From positions 95,162 through 159,161 of the forward strand of contig DASUKB010000002.1 in assembly GCA_036278915.1 (NCBI GenBank): 64,000 nt of DNA, given 5' to 3'. Each line of letters starts with the position of its first letter. Position 1 is the stretch's first letter. Position numbers and translations under genes: made by a program. Of this stretch, positions 45,769 through 55,823 are shown in pieces. The DNA is from Patescibacteria group bacterium (GTDB lineage: Bacteria; Patescibacteriota; Doudnabacteria; UBA920; O2-02-FULL-48-8). Below the pieces are notes generated by a model. The model worked only from the letters and a program-made list of their open reading frames with translations, was not told where the DNA came from and searched no databases.

Positions 45769-46550
45769 TTTTTACCTCCCTTATCATCAGACTTCTTCTG
45801 TTCTTGAGGTCCCGAAAGCAGCATAACCATCCAGAATAGAATTGCCAGAATGGTCATCAAGCCCGGGCCAAGGGCAATTGCTCGAGTGTAGGCAATGTTC
45901 GCAATCCGTGAAATTGGGTTGAAAACGAAACTACCCGTGATGATGAGCCATGGTATGGCAAGCAGGCCCGCGAACCAAGCAGTGGGTGAGCCTTGACCCC
46001 ACTTCGTTGACGAAAGCACGAGGATAATCGTGAGAAGCAACCATATGCCAGCCCATGAGCTCTGGCCCCAGAGTTCTGCAAAAGAAAGAAAAGCAATTAT
46101 GCAGAGTTCGGCCAGAACAGCCCAGAAAGTCCATCTGGCGGCTTCCTTCAGAGTCTGCATTTGCCGAGCGCGCTCGAAGTTCAGATCGTAGGTCACGTCG
46201 ATATGGTCTTCGTGATGTACTGCCTTGGGTGTGAAGCCTCGATCTTTTGTGAAAAGATCAAAGAGGGCATCCACTGCAACCATAAACAGCGCAATCTCAG
46301 CAGAATCAGGATTGATCAGGATCAAGGCGGCAATCGGCAGATAAAGGAACGCGGTGTAAGGAACCAACATTTTGTCGATGAGGTTCACAAGTACCGCTAA
46401 TCCCAAAACCAGGAATGACCAGACCAGAAACAATAGTACTCGTCTAGTCAAAGTCTTGATCGTGTTCAGGCTCCAGTCCTTGCCCGCTCCAAAGATTTGG
46501 GCGGTCAGATGACCGGATTCAGGAAGGGGATTGGCGTCTCTCGTAGGCAT
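45765..46550 (-). CDS. Hypothetical polytopic membrane protein (GC-rich island)
   Basis: 6 or more hydrophobic helices; Lys-rich C-terminus. Confidence 0.4.
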   Translation of the reverse strand: MPTRDANPLPESGHLTAQIFGAGKDWSLNTIKTLTRRVLLFLVWSFLVLGLAVLVNLIDKMLVPYTAFLYLPIAALILINPDSAEIALFMVAVDALFDLFTKDRGFTPKAVHHEDHIDVTYDLNFERARQMQTLKEAARWTFWAVLAELCIIAFLSFAELWGQSSWAGIWLLLTIILVLSSTKWGQGSPTAWFAGLLAIPWLIITGSFVFNPISRIANIAYTRAIALGPGLMTILAILFWMVMLLSGPQEQKKSDDKGGKK

Positions 46551-46574
46551 CGAAAACTCCTGAAGTTGTTGGGG

Positions 46575-47198
46575 TTAGTTTTTCTGCCAGCCGAAGATGT
46601 AGCGAAACACGCTTCCACCGTAGCGCGCAGTTTGTTTTATACGATACCGCTCTCGGCGAAGTTTGATCTCGTCTGCCTTCAACATGAAGAAATCACCTAG
46701 TGCTTGGCCTTGTGATGCAAGTTGCTCCGTTGTGGTTTTTGCACGGGAACCAATATAGAGAGATTTTTTTAGAACTTTGCGTCTCTCGTCATCACTTGGT
46801 AACCCGGCCAAGTATTGCAGAAATGCCACTCGCTGTTTTGCCGCTTCGTCTCCCTTGCCTGTTTTAGCAGTATGGACGACGAATTCAGCATCTTCTTCGT
46901 CGGAAAGGTTGCTTAGGAATTGTCGGATGGTCTCTTCGCTTTTGGCATCAGAGAGCTTCAGTTGAGTTATGGCCATGACAAAATCGTGTCGGTCGCCACC
47001 TGTTGCCTCAACTTTTCCCTCAACCTCCCGCGAAGTTTTTTGTTCGAGGGGGTTTGAAATGAGACCCCCGAAGATACCTTTGAGGGCGCTTTTGATGAGT
47101 TGCTCAATGCCTGACCAGAGACCTAGGGCAAACAGTGTGTTGATCAGGTGACCTTCACCTACGGTGACGCTGTTTTTTGGATCTTGCGGAATTTCCAT
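46575..47198 (-). CDS. Hypothetical protein (GC-rich island)
   Basis: ORF, first gene of a four-gene minus-strand block. Confidence 0.4.
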   Translation of the reverse strand: MEIPQDPKNSVTVGEGHLINTLFALGLWSGIEQLIKSALKGIFGGLISNPLEQKTSREVEGKVEATGGDRHDFVMAITQLKLSDAKSEETIRQFLSNLSDEEDAEFVVHTAKTGKGDEAAKQRVAFLQYLAGLPSDDERRKVLKKSLYIGSRAKTTTEQLASQGQALGDFFMLKADEIKLRRERYRIKQTARYGGSVFRYIFGWQKN

Positions 47199-47290
47199 GA
47201 CGCACCTCTAAATTGTGAAGGAGCTGATTACAGCTCCGAGGTTAGCGAAAGCGGAGTTGCAACATGCAAGTATAGGAAATTTTTGCCGTT

Positions 47291-47319
47291 TTGTCAAGTG
47301 TTCGTATATTTGTTAGAAT
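47291..47319 (+). promoter_or_regulatory. Sigma70-type promoter (TTGTCA-17-TAGAAT) for tRNA-Leu(TAG)
   Basis: 17-nt spacer, tRNA starts ~18 nt downstream. Confidence 0.6.
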
Positions 47320-47336
47320 CACACATATACGTAAGC

Positions 47337-47421
47337 CGGGGTGGTGAAACTGGCAGACACGCAAGGTTTAGGACCTTGTACCCGAAAGGGTGTGCAGGTT
47401 CAATTCCTGTCCCCGGCACCA
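47337..47421 (+). tRNA. tRNA-Leu (anticodon TAG), long variable arm
   Basis: Acceptor GCCGGGG/CCCCGGC, anticodon loop TTTAGGA, T-arm CAGGTTCAATTCCTG, CCA encoded. Confidence 0.85.
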
Positions 47422-47509
47422 AATATAAATTAGTCAGTTTGGTAAGTTGACATCATAGATAAACCCCAGTAAAATTTTTAGGCATTAATCTTAGTGGACC
47501 AAAAAGCTC

Positions 47510-49399
47510 ATGAGTAAATTTTTTCGCAATCTTCTTATAGTGTTTGCTATTTTTATCATTATCGCTGCGGGTTTTACCTTGTTTCATTCATCTGGCGATA
47601 ACGGCAGTCCGGTTTCCATCTCGCAACTGGCGGATGAAGTGAATTCGGGCAACGTCAGTAAAATTGAGGTCTCCGGAGATGACCTGACCATTCATCTCAA
47701 GGACGGCAGTATGCAGACTTCAACTAAGGAAACCGAAGTCGCGCTTTCGGAAACACTCAAAAATTATGGTGTAGATTCGGGTAAAGTCAAAGATACCGAA
47801 ATTGACATCAAGTCCGGTGGTTCGTCATCGTTTTTATACTCAACCCTGCTGGAGTTCCTGCTTCCAGTTCTGGCTATCGGCGGATTCATTTGGTTTATGA
47901 TGCGCCAGGTGCAGGGTAACAATAACCGCGCAATGTCGTTTGGCCAGTCCTCGGCTAAAGTTTTGGAAAACTCTGACCGGCGGAAGCGCGTGACTTTTGC
48001 GGACGTGGCGGGTGTGAAGGAAGCCAAGGAAGAATTGAAAGAGATTGTGGAATTTTTGCGCTTCCCTCAGAAATTTTTTAGCCTCGGCGCGCGCATTCCC
48101 AAAGGCGTGTTGCTGCTGGGACCTCCGGGCGTAGGCAAAACTATAATGGCTCGGGCCGTGGCCGGGGAAGCCAACGTGCCGTTCTTCCATATTTCCGGTT
48201 CTGAATTCGTAGAAATGTTTGTGGGCGTAGGCGCATCGCGCGTGCGGGATTTGTTTAAGAAAGCCAAGCGTTCGGCACCTTGTATAATTTTCATTGATGA
48301 AATTGATGCCGTTGGACGCCAGCGCGGCGCAGGTTTAGGCGGTTCGCACGACGAACGCGAGCAGACTCTAAATCAGATTTTGGTGGAGATGGACGGTTTT
48401 GATAATGAGACCAATGTTATAGTTATCGCCGCCACCAACCGGCCGGATGTTTTGGACCCGGCGCTCATGCGCCCGGGACGGTTTGACCGGCAGGTTGTTT
48501 TAGATCCGCCGGACATAAACGACCGTGAAGCAATCCTCAAAGTCCATGCCAAGGGTAAGCCCCTGGGCGCGGATGTGAATATGCGTCAGATTGCGGAACG
48601 TACTCCTGGATTTTCCGGCGCGGATTTGGCTAACCTTATGAACGAGGGCGCAATCCTTGCCGCCCGCCGAAACCAAAAGGAAGTCTTCCAGATTGATCTC
48701 TACCAAGCTATAGAAAAAGTCATGCTCGGCCCAGAACGCAAGAGCCATCTGATGTCCAAAAAGGAAAAAGAGATTGCCGCTTGGCACGAAGCTGGACACG
48801 CTTTGGTGGCGACAATCTTGCCGCATGCCGACCCGGTGCATAAAGTTTCCATAGTTTCGCGCGGCCGCGCCGCAGGCTACACCATGAAGCTGCCGGCTGA
48901 GGACAAAAACCTGCATTCCAAGTCGGAATTCGTGGCGGATTTGGCGGTGTCTTTGGGCGGCTATGCCACTGAGCAGACAATATTTCAGGAAATTACCACT
49001 GGCGCTTCGAGCGACCTGAAGGTAGCCACCAACCTGGCCCGGCAGCTCGTGACGCGCTACGGCATGTCGAATCTTGGGCCTATGACGTTTGGGGAATCGC
49101 ACGATATGATCTTTTTGGGCCGCGACATTGCTGAACAAAAAAATTATTCCGAAAATGTCGCTGCCAAAATTGACGAAGAGATCTCCGGATTTATCGGCCG
49201 CGCGTATCAGACAGCGCTTGACGTTATCAAAAAATATCATAAACACCTTAAGACCATAGCCGACCGGCTTATGGAGGTGGAAACCATTGAGCGCGAAGAA
49301 TTTGAATCACTCGTGGCAGACGTGATCCCGAAAGAAAAGATGCTCAAACCAGGCCAGGCAGATCTGCCCGGCAACCTTCCTACGCCAGCGGTGGTGTAG
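47510..49399 (+). CDS. ftsH: ATP-dependent zinc metalloprotease FtsH
   Basis: Two N-terminal TMs, AAA+ [13 protein letters not shown] zinc-binding motif. Confidence 0.95.
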   Translation: MSKFFRNLLIVFAIFIIIAAGFTLFHSSGDNGSPVSISQLADEVNSGNVSKIEVSGDDLTIHLKDGSMQTSTKETEVALSETLKNYGVDSGKVKDTEIDIKSGGSSSFLYSTLLEFLLPVLAIGGFIWFMMRQVQGNNNRAMSFGQSSAKVLENSDRRKRVTFADVAGVKEAKEELKEIVEFLRFPQKFFSLGARIPKGVLLLGPPGVGKTIMARAVAGEANVPFFHISGSEFVEMFVGVGASRVRDLFKKAKRSAPCIIFIDEIDAVGRQRGAGLGGSHDEREQTLNQILVEMDGFDNETNVIVIAATNRPDVLDPALMRPGRFDRQVVLDPPDINDREAILKVHAKGKPLGADVNMRQIAERTPGFSGADLANLMNEGAILAARRNQKEVFQIDLYQAIEKVMLGPERKSHLMSKKEKEIAAWHEAGHALVATILPHADPVHKVSIVSRGRAAGYTMKLPAEDKNLHSKSEFVADLAVSLGGYATEQTIFQEITTGASSDLKVATNLARQLVTRYGMSNLGPMTFGESHDMIFLGRDIAEQKNYSENVAAKIDEEISGFIGRAYQTALDVIKKYHKHLKTIADRLMEVETIEREEFESLVADVIPKEKMLKPGQADLPGNLPTPAVV

Positions 49400-49403
49400 T
49401 AGC

Positions 49404-50300
49404 ATGATCGATTACGCCAAAATTTTTAAACAGGCTCTCCATTTGCTTGCAGGCAACAAGTTCTTCTGGGGATTGGGCCTGTTTTTGGCTTGGGGTTCGG
49501 TGGTAAACCAATTGTCTTACCAGCTGGATTGGAATGATTCTGCGTCCCATCTGTCCGCACCCCAAGATAATTTTATTTGGCTAGCATTGGCAGGAATCGT
49601 CGTGATTGTGATCTTGGTCATGATGTTTTTCCGTTGTCGGACAGCAATTATTTTGGCAACGAAAGCGCGAATGGAAAATAAACCAACGGGGTTTGGCCAA
49701 AGCTTCCGCCAGGCCCGCGTATTTTATGACAGGGTTTTTGGAGTCGCGTTTTACACGATGCTAATTTTATTGGCCGCGGGCATAATTTTGTTTGGGCCAG
49801 TGTTGTATTTACATTCGGTAAATCTATCCGGTCGCGCGGCAATTTTGGGTATCTTGGCACTGGTCATAGTTGTGCCTTTGGCGATAATTGCAAGCCTTAT
49901 CAATAACCTGGCGCCAATGTTTATTGTTTTTTACAATATGAAAATCCGCGAAGCCGTATCCATTACATTCGATATGATCAAAAAGTCCTGGCCCGTGCTA
50001 TTGGTGTTCAGTATTTGGCTGGCGATAATTGCCACTGCTGCGGAATACATTTTGGTCCTAATCTGGGATTCTTGGGTTGTTTTTTCCCGCCCTTTATTTT
50101 ATAATGCCGGAGGGTTTCACCTTTCAATTGTCAGCGCGGCACTGGGTGCCATAATGATTATCGCTCTTATTATTCTGACTGGAGCGATAGCGGCTTATCA
50201 GCAGATTTGTTGGACTTTGCTTTTTTCCGAAATGGTTCGGCCTGAGAAAATTGAAGAGAAGGAAGTCTTGCCTGCTTCGGAGGCTGTACAGGGTGGCTAA
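49404..50300 (+). CDS. Hypothetical polytopic membrane protein (possibly GP-PDE-membrane-domain-like)
   Basis: 7 or more hydrophobic helices; no catalytic motif recognised. Confidence 0.4.
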   Translation: MIDYAKIFKQALHLLAGNKFFWGLGLFLAWGSVVNQLSYQLDWNDSASHLSAPQDNFIWLALAGIVVIVILVMMFFRCRTAIILATKARMENKPTGFGQSFRQARVFYDRVFGVAFYTMLILLAAGIILFGPVLYLHSVNLSGRAAILGILALVIVVPLAIIASLINNLAPMFIVFYNMKIREAVSITFDMIKKSWPVLLVFSIWLAIIATAAEYILVLIWDSWVVFSRPLFYNAGGFHLSIVSAALGAIMIIALIILTGAIAAYQQICWTLLFSEMVRPEKIEEKEVLPASEAVQGG

Positions 50301-50316
50301 ATTCGCGCGAAGATAC

Positions 50317-50391
50317 GGACGGTTAGCTCAGTGGTAGAGCATCTCTTTGACGTAGAGAGGGTCGCTGGTTCGATCCCAGCACCGTCCACCA
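50317..50391 (+). tRNA. tRNA-Val (anticodon GAC)
   Basis: Acceptor GGACGGT/ACCGTCC, anticodon loop TTGACGT, T-arm GCTGGTTCGATCCCAGC, CCA encoded. Confidence 0.85.
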
Positions 50392-50447
50392 GGGAAGGTT
50401 CTCCGCCAACAATAACTATCCTTATGAGGCGGATCCGCCTCAGGCGG

Positions 50448-50500
50448 AAAGTCCTCTACCGTCCACCAGAAAACGCTCGGGCCAGAAAAATTTTTTCCCG
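50448..50500 (+). repeat. 12-nt duplicate of the tRNA-Val 3' end (ACCGTCCACCA) followed by GAAAACGCTCGGG...TTTTTTCCCGAACGC, a degenerate copy of the IR-L start
   Basis: Compare CCACCA-GAAAA-GCTCGGACATCAGTTTTTTTCGGACACG at 14212-14248. Confidence 0.6.
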
Positions 50501-50690
50501 AACGCAAAAATCTAGAATTTTTATACACCTTAAGGTGGATTTTTGCTCTATTGCAATTTCTGAGGAAATCACAAGGAGTCGGAAAAATTTTTCTGGTCCT
50601 CGCTTAGAATTAATTAAGAATTAGGGGCTCGGATCAGTTGGGAAAGGGTTCTTAACTGTTTCGTACTTCGAAATTCCAGAAAGAATTTCA

Positions 50691-51374
50691 ATGGGTTTAC
50701 CAGAACTGGAAAATAAAATCAAAATCCAATTCAAGGACAAGAATTTGCTGCAGTCGGCTCTGACGCATCGTTCGTATCTTAATGAAAACCGTAAATGGCC
50801 GCTGCCACACAACGAACGCCTGGAGTTTTTGGGCGACGCAGTGCTGGAGCTGGTTACCACCGAATATCTGTACCGGAATTTTCCCAATCCCGAAGGCGAA
50901 CTGACGAACCTTCGTTCGGCTCTTGTGAATTATAAGATGCTGTCGGAGGTTGCGCAGAACCTGGGGCTGGAAGAGTATATTTTGTTGTCTAAAGGCGAAG
51001 CGCGCGACACTGGCCGGGCCCGGCAGGTGATTTTGGCCAATGCTATGGAGGCGCTAATCGGCGCCATTTACCTGGACGCGGGATCTGATGTTGTGCGCGA
51101 ATTTATCGATGGCTGCGTGATAACGCAGCTTGAATCTATATTGGCCGGCGGCAAAGTTTTGGATCCAAAAAGCAAATTCCAGGAACTGACGCAGGAGAAA
51201 TTGGGCATCACGCCGCATTACAAAGTCCTTGCGGAGTGGGGACCGGATCATTCCAAGACTTTTGAAGTCGGAGTGTTTGTGGGAGAGCGGCAGGTGGCCA
51301 AAGGCGTGGGTTCAAGCAAACAGGAAGCAGAAATTTCCGCAGCCGAAAACGGCTTGAAAGTAAAAGAATTGTAA
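50691..51374 (+). CDS. rnc: Ribonuclease III
   Basis: ERLEFLGDAVL RNase III signature and C-terminal dsRBD. Confidence 0.9.
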   Translation: MGLPELENKIKIQFKDKNLLQSALTHRSYLNENRKWPLPHNERLEFLGDAVLELVTTEYLYRNFPNPEGELTNLRSALVNYKMLSEVAQNLGLEEYILLSKGEARDTGRARQVILANAMEALIGAIYLDAGSDVVREFIDGCVITQLESILAGGKVLDPKSKFQELTQEKLGITPHYKVLAEWGPDHSKTFEVGVFVGERQVAKGVGSSKQEAEISAAENGLKVKEL

Positions 51375-51425
51375 TGCGATACGAAAATTTGCACATGGAA
51401 TTCGTAGATTAGTATCGCAAATAAA

Positions 51426-53558
51426 ATGTATCTTAAAAGACTAGAATTACAGGGCTTCAAATCATTTGCGCACAAAACTGTTTTGGACTTTGAACCCGGC
51501 ATGACGGCCGTGGTCGGCCCAAACGGCTCGGGCAAATCCAATGTCGCGGATGCTATCCGCTGGGTCATGGGCGAACAGTCCATGAAGCTTTTGCGCAGCA
51601 AAAAAAGCGAAGACATAATCTTTGCCGGCTCTGATCGCAAATCCAAATTGTCCGTGGCCGAGGTGGCTCTAGTTTTTGACAATCGCGACCGAAAGATTCC
51701 CGTGGAATATTCAGAAGTTGAAATCCGACGCAGGATTTTTCGCAATGGGGAATCCGAATACCTTATGAACAGCAGCCGTGTCCGGCTTCTGGACGTGGTG
51801 GATGCGCTTATGCGCTCGGGGTTTGGCGCGACGAACTATGCAGTTATCGGCCAGGGGACTATCGACCAGATGATTTTGGCAGGTCCAGCCGAGATTAAAA
51901 ATCTCGTAGAGGAAGCGGCTGGTGTGAAGCCCTACTATATTAAACGTGAACGAACTACCCGCAGGCTGGCGCAGACGGAAGAAAATTTGTCTCGCGTATC
52001 GGAATTAATGAGCGAAATTGAACCGAGGCTCAAAAGCCTGCGGCGGCAAGCCAAGCGCATGGAAGAGCGAGAAGTTGTGGCCACGGAGCTCAAACGACTA
52101 CAGTCCCAATACTTCGGTCATGGGCTGCAAGTCCTCGAGATCGGGCTCGCCCAAGTACTGCAAAAGTTAGGAGCCAGAGAACAGGAAGTTGAGAAATTAG
52201 CACGGGAAATTTCCGGATTCCGCAAAACACTTGAAACCGAAGAACAGCAATCCGGCCGCACCGACAGTTTTCTTACGGAACTGGATGAAAAATTAAAGCT
52301 TTTGGAGGAAAAACGTCTGGCTCTAGCCGAGTCTTTGGCGGAAGTCCGCGGCAAACTCAAGGTTGAATCTCCGGCTGCGAAAAATTTTTCAGAATTCCAA
52401 AGGCAATTTGAACAGATCCTGGAAAATTTGCACCCTGAAACCGTGGACGAAATCAAGAAACAGCTTCGCGAACTCGTCGTGCGCTTTAGCCAGTCTTCAA
52501 ATCAAGATTTGACATCTAAGCAAAAAACTTTGACCACGGAACTTTCGCAGATTGTCCGGGACATGGAGGAGCAAAAGACCGCCCGCCAGCAGCTTTTGTC
52601 CCAGGAACGAGAAAAGAAAAGTTTTTTGACCAATGAGGAGAAAAATTTTCGGTTCAAATCCGCGGAGTTGGCCAGGCTTAAAGACGAACAAAATTCATTG
52701 CTGGTTGAGAAGGCCCGGTTTGATACCAAGCTTGAAGGTTTGCAAAAAGAAATTACCGAGGCGCTTGGGGCGGAGGACTTGTCGGCTTACAAAAAATTGC
52801 ATTTGGAGGAAGGTGTCTCCGAGCGCATTGCCAAACTTAAGCGCCAGATGGAACTTATTGGCGGCGTAGACGAATCTACGCTCGTGGAGTTTCGCGAGAC
52901 CGAGGAAAGATTTAATTACCTATCCAGCCAGTCCGGCGATTTAACCCGAAGCTTGGGAGATTTGAAAAATATTATAGAAGAACTGGACCAGGTCATTAAA
53001 ACTCAATTTGATGACGCGTTTGTAAAAATTTCTGAAAAGTTTGTGGAGTATTTCAGAATTTTGTTCAACGGCGGCCGGGCGCAATTAAGCTTGCTTAAAG
53101 CCTCAGCCGAAACGGGCGAGGACATGGCTGAAATTTCAGAAGAGGATGAACCTGAAATCAGCGTCGACGGCGTGCGTAAAAAAAAGGCGGCCAAAGAAAT
53201 TGCGGGCATAGAAATTAAAGCCACGCCGCCAGGAAAAAAACTTTCCACTATAGCGGCGCTCTCGGGCGGGGAGCGCGCACTGACTGCGATTGCCATGCTT
53301 TGCGCGATGCTGGCTTCGTACCCTTCGCCGTTTGTGGTCCTGGACGAAGTTGATGCGGCTTTGGATGAGGCCAACTCCATCCGGTTTGCCAAAATTTTGG
53401 GGACACTGGCACACCAGACGCAGTTTGTAACTATTACACATAATCGCGAAACTATGCGCCAAGCCCACACGCTCTATGGCGTGACCATGTCGGACGAAGG
53501 TATTTCCAAAATTCTGTCGATAAAGCTTGAACAAGCAGAGAAAGTGGGCACCCGCTAA
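51426..53558 (+). CDS. smc: SMC-like chromosome segregation ATPase (short, 710 aa)
   Basis: GPNGSGKSN Walker A, long coiled coils, LSGGERALTAIAML signature, VVLDEVDAALD Walker B; about 60% of the canonical SMC length. Confidence 0.7.
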   Translation: MYLKRLELQGFKSFAHKTVLDFEPGMTAVVGPNGSGKSNVADAIRWVMGEQSMKLLRSKKSEDIIFAGSDRKSKLSVAEVALVFDNRDRKIPVEYSEVEIRRRIFRNGESEYLMNSSRVRLLDVVDALMRSGFGATNYAVIGQGTIDQMILAGPAEIKNLVEEAAGVKPYYIKRERTTRRLAQTEENLSRVSELMSEIEPRLKSLRRQAKRMEEREVVATELKRLQSQYFGHGLQVLEIGLAQVLQKLGAREQEVEKLAREISGFRKTLETEEQQSGRTDSFLTELDEKLKLLEEKRLALAESLAEVRGKLKVESPAAKNFSEFQRQFEQILENLHPETVDEIKKQLRELVVRFSQSSNQDLTSKQKTLTTELSQIVRDMEEQKTARQQLLSQEREKKSFLTNEEKNFRFKSAELARLKDEQNSLLVEKARFDTKLEGLQKEITEALGAEDLSAYKKLHLEEGVSERIAKLKRQMELIGGVDESTLVEFRETEERFNYLSSQSGDLTRSLGDLKNIIEELDQVIKTQFDDAFVKISEKFVEYFRILFNGGRAQLSLLKASAETGEDMAEISEEDEPEISVDGVRKKKAAKEIAGIEIKATPPGKKLSTIAALSGGERALTAIAMLCAMLASYPSPFVVLDEVDAALDEANSIRFAKILGTLAHQTQFVTITHNRETMRQAHTLYGVTMSDEGISKILSIKLEQAEKVGTR

Positions 53559-53562
53559 ATTT

Positions 53563-54183
53563 ATGTTCTCTACTGCCTTACATTCGGTCACGCAATTTAT
53601 TATCCAAACTATAAGTACGCTCGGTTATGTTGGCGTGACTGGTCTTATGGCTTTGGAGTCTGCTGCCGTGCCGCTCCCGTCTGAAGTTATTATGCCGTTT
53701 GCAGGATTTTTGGCTGCCGCCGGACGATTCAATTTGTTTGGCCTTGCGTTAGCCGGCGCGGCGGGTTCGCTCATCGGGTCCTGGGTTACTTATGCAATAG
53801 GATATTTCGGCGGTCGGCCGCTAGTGATGCGTTATGGCAAATATATTTTGATATCGCACCATGACTTGGATTTGTCAGAAAAATTTTTCCAAAAGTTCGG
53901 AGCCTGGTCGACATTCATAGGCCGGATGCTTCCGATTGTCAGGACATTTATTTCCATTCCTGCAGGCATTGCCGAAGAGCCGCTAGTGCCGTTTACCTTG
54001 GCGGCCTTTGCCGGGTCATTTATTTGGTCTTATTTTTTGGCCGCGCTTGGCCGAAATCTTGGCGACCATTATACTGTTTTGGAAACATATTTCCGCAAGT
54101 TTGATCTAGTAATCGTTCTCTTGGTGGTCGTGTTTGTGGCTTGGTGGATTCGCAGACATTGGAAGGAGCGTCTGCGGGGTTGA
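53563..54183 (+). CDS. DedA/TVP38 family membrane protein
   Basis: GYVGVTGLMALESAAVPLPSE...G.FIGRMLPIVRTFISIPAG DedA signature; start taken at MFSTAL after the smc stop. Confidence 0.75.
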   Translation: MFSTALHSVTQFIIQTISTLGYVGVTGLMALESAAVPLPSEVIMPFAGFLAAAGRFNLFGLALAGAAGSLIGSWVTYAIGYFGGRPLVMRYGKYILISHHDLDLSEKFFQKFGAWSTFIGRMLPIVRTFISIPAGIAEEPLVPFTLAAFAGSFIWSYFLAALGRNLGDHYTVLETYFRKFDLVIVLLVVVFVAWWIRRHWKERLRG

Positions 54184-54234
54184 CCAAAGCCCCCCACTTT
54201 GTTATACTGTGCAGGTTATTGAAAGGAATTACCC

Positions 54235-54579
54235 ATGCTCACGATTCGATTACAACGGACAGGAACCAAGAACAAACCGGCATTTCGGCTCGTTTTGGCT
54301 GAGAAAGAAAAAGCCGCAGGAAAGAAATTTTTAGAAGTGCTCGGCCATTATAACCCAAGATCCAAAGCCTTTGGCATCAAAGATGAAGAAAGACTTAAGT
54401 ATTGGATGGGTCAGCATGTGGAATTGTCTCCGTCCGTGCACAATTTGTTGATTGAAAAAAAACTGACCGAGGGCAAAAAAGTTAAAGCCTGGAAGCCCAA
54501 AAAATCGGCAGAAACAGCTGCCGCAGCAGAAGCGCCGAAACCGCAAGAGCCGACCCCGGCCGCTGAACCTACCGCCTAA
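54235..54579 (+). CDS. rpsP: 30S ribosomal protein S16 with Ala/Pro-rich C-terminal extension
   Basis: MLTIRLQRTGTKNKPAFRLV N-terminus. Confidence 0.9.
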   Translation: MLTIRLQRTGTKNKPAFRLVLAEKEKAAGKKFLEVLGHYNPRSKAFGIKDEERLKYWMGQHVELSPSVHNLLIEKKLTEGKKVKAWKPKKSAETAAAAEAPKPQEPTPAAEPTA

Positions 54580-54729
54580 AATATTTTTTAACCTCGGAAA
54601 CCCGGGGTTTTTACTTGCAAAGGTTGACACATCTGCGCCAAAAATGTAAACTAGGCTTACAAAGATCGGCTTTTTAGTCCAGAGCGCAGATCTTACACGT
54701 TCTTTAAGACAAGTAATTTTGAAACGGCA

Positions 54730-55056
54730 ATGGAACAAGATCAGGAATTTGTTGAATATCTGGTCCGTGCCTTGGTTGACCATCCGGACGATGTCAAAAC
54801 CGAGCGCACTGTGGATGAGATGGGGGTGTTGATTACGCTGCATTTAAATCCCGAGGACATGGGGCAGGTTATCGGCCGACAGGGTCAGACTGCTAAATCG
54901 ATCCGAACGCTTTTGCGAGTTGTGGGAGCCAAACATAAATCACGAGTCAATTTAAAGATTCATGAGCCGGAAGGTTCCCGAAGGCCTCACCAATCTTCCC
55001 GAGAAGAAGCACCTGAACGCGAACTCTCCGCAGACATAGACGACTTCAAACTCTAA
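54730..55056 (+). CDS. KH-domain RNA-binding protein (YlqC/UPF0109-like)
   Basis: GxxG KH loop (IGRQGQTAKSIR); conserved position between rpsP and trmD. Confidence 0.75.
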   Translation: MEQDQEFVEYLVRALVDHPDDVKTERTVDEMGVLITLHLNPEDMGQVIGRQGQTAKSIRTLLRVVGAKHKSRVNLKIHEPEGSRRPHQSSREEAPERELSADIDDFKL

Positions 55057-55091
55057 AATAAAACCCCAGGCAAACCCTGGGGTTTTGAAAT

Positions 55092-55823
55092 ATGAAATCG
55101 ACACGAAGTGTCGTCCCGGACGTGATCCGGGATCTATTTAAGCGTATGAAATTTATAATTCTCACATTATTCCCGGAGGCTTTTGAATCTTACTTAAACG
55201 TAAGTTTGCTTAGCCGCGCCCAGGCGCATCACCTTATAGATGTCCAAACGTATAATCTACGCGATTGGGGAGAGGGCGTGCATAAATCAGTTGATGCCAG
55301 GCCTTACGGCGGTGGCGCTGGCATGGTTTTGCGAGTGGATATTATTGATAAAGCGCTGAAAAGTTTGAAAGCTAAAAAAGGTAAAAAGGGGCAGATGATT
55401 GCCTTAATGACTCCGCAGGGCAAAGTTTTCAAACAAACCGACGCGCGCAAGCTTTTGAAACTGAAAACCTTAGTGCTTATTTGCGGCCGTTACGAAGGGT
55501 TCGACGAGCGGATCCGAAACTTAGTTGATGCTGAAATTTCCCTCGGCGACTTTGTGCTCACTGGCGGCGAGATTCCGGCCATGGCTGTTTTGGATGCGGT
55601 TGCCAGATTGGTTCCCGGCGTGGTTGGTAAAGAAGCATCGCTTGCCGAGGAAAGTTTTTCGGAAAAGCTTTTAGAATATCCACAGTACACCAGACCGGAA
55701 GTATTCAATAAGAAAAGGGTGCCAAATGTCCTTTTGTCAGGCAACCACGCCAAAATCAACGAGTGGCGCAGCACCGAGGCGCTTAAGCGCACCACAAAAC
55801 GAAGACCGGATTTACTAAAATGA
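55092..55823 (+). CDS. trmD: tRNA (guanine37-N1)-methyltransferase
   Basis: SPOUT-fold TrmD signature (ILTLFPEAF, GGGAGMVL, GRYEGFDERI). Confidence 0.9.
   Translation: MKSTRSVVPDVIRDLFKRMKFIILTLFPEAFESYLNVSLLSRAQAHHLIDVQTYNLRDWGEGVHKSVDARPYGGGAGMVLRVDIIDKALKSLKAKKGKKGQMIALMTPQGKVFKQTDARKLLKLKTLVLICGRYEGFDERIRNLVDAEISLGDFVLTGGEIPAMAVLDAVARLVPGVVGKEASLAEESFSEKLLEYPQYTRPEVFNKKRVPNVLLSGNHAKINEWRSTEALKRTTKRRPDLLK

Noticed and set aside
50331-50624. 97-aa ORF starting inside tRNA-Val(GAC)
   Set aside because: It begins within the tRNA and runs through the repeat-rich, hairpin-rich trailer region with no SD; spurious.
54597-54612. Terminator call for AAACC-CGG-GGTTT after rpsP
   Set aside because: The stem is only 5 bp with a 3-nt loop and the downstream T-run is short. 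It more likely reflects the promoter region (TTGACA-17-TAAACT at 54624-54652) for the KH-domain gene than a real terminator.
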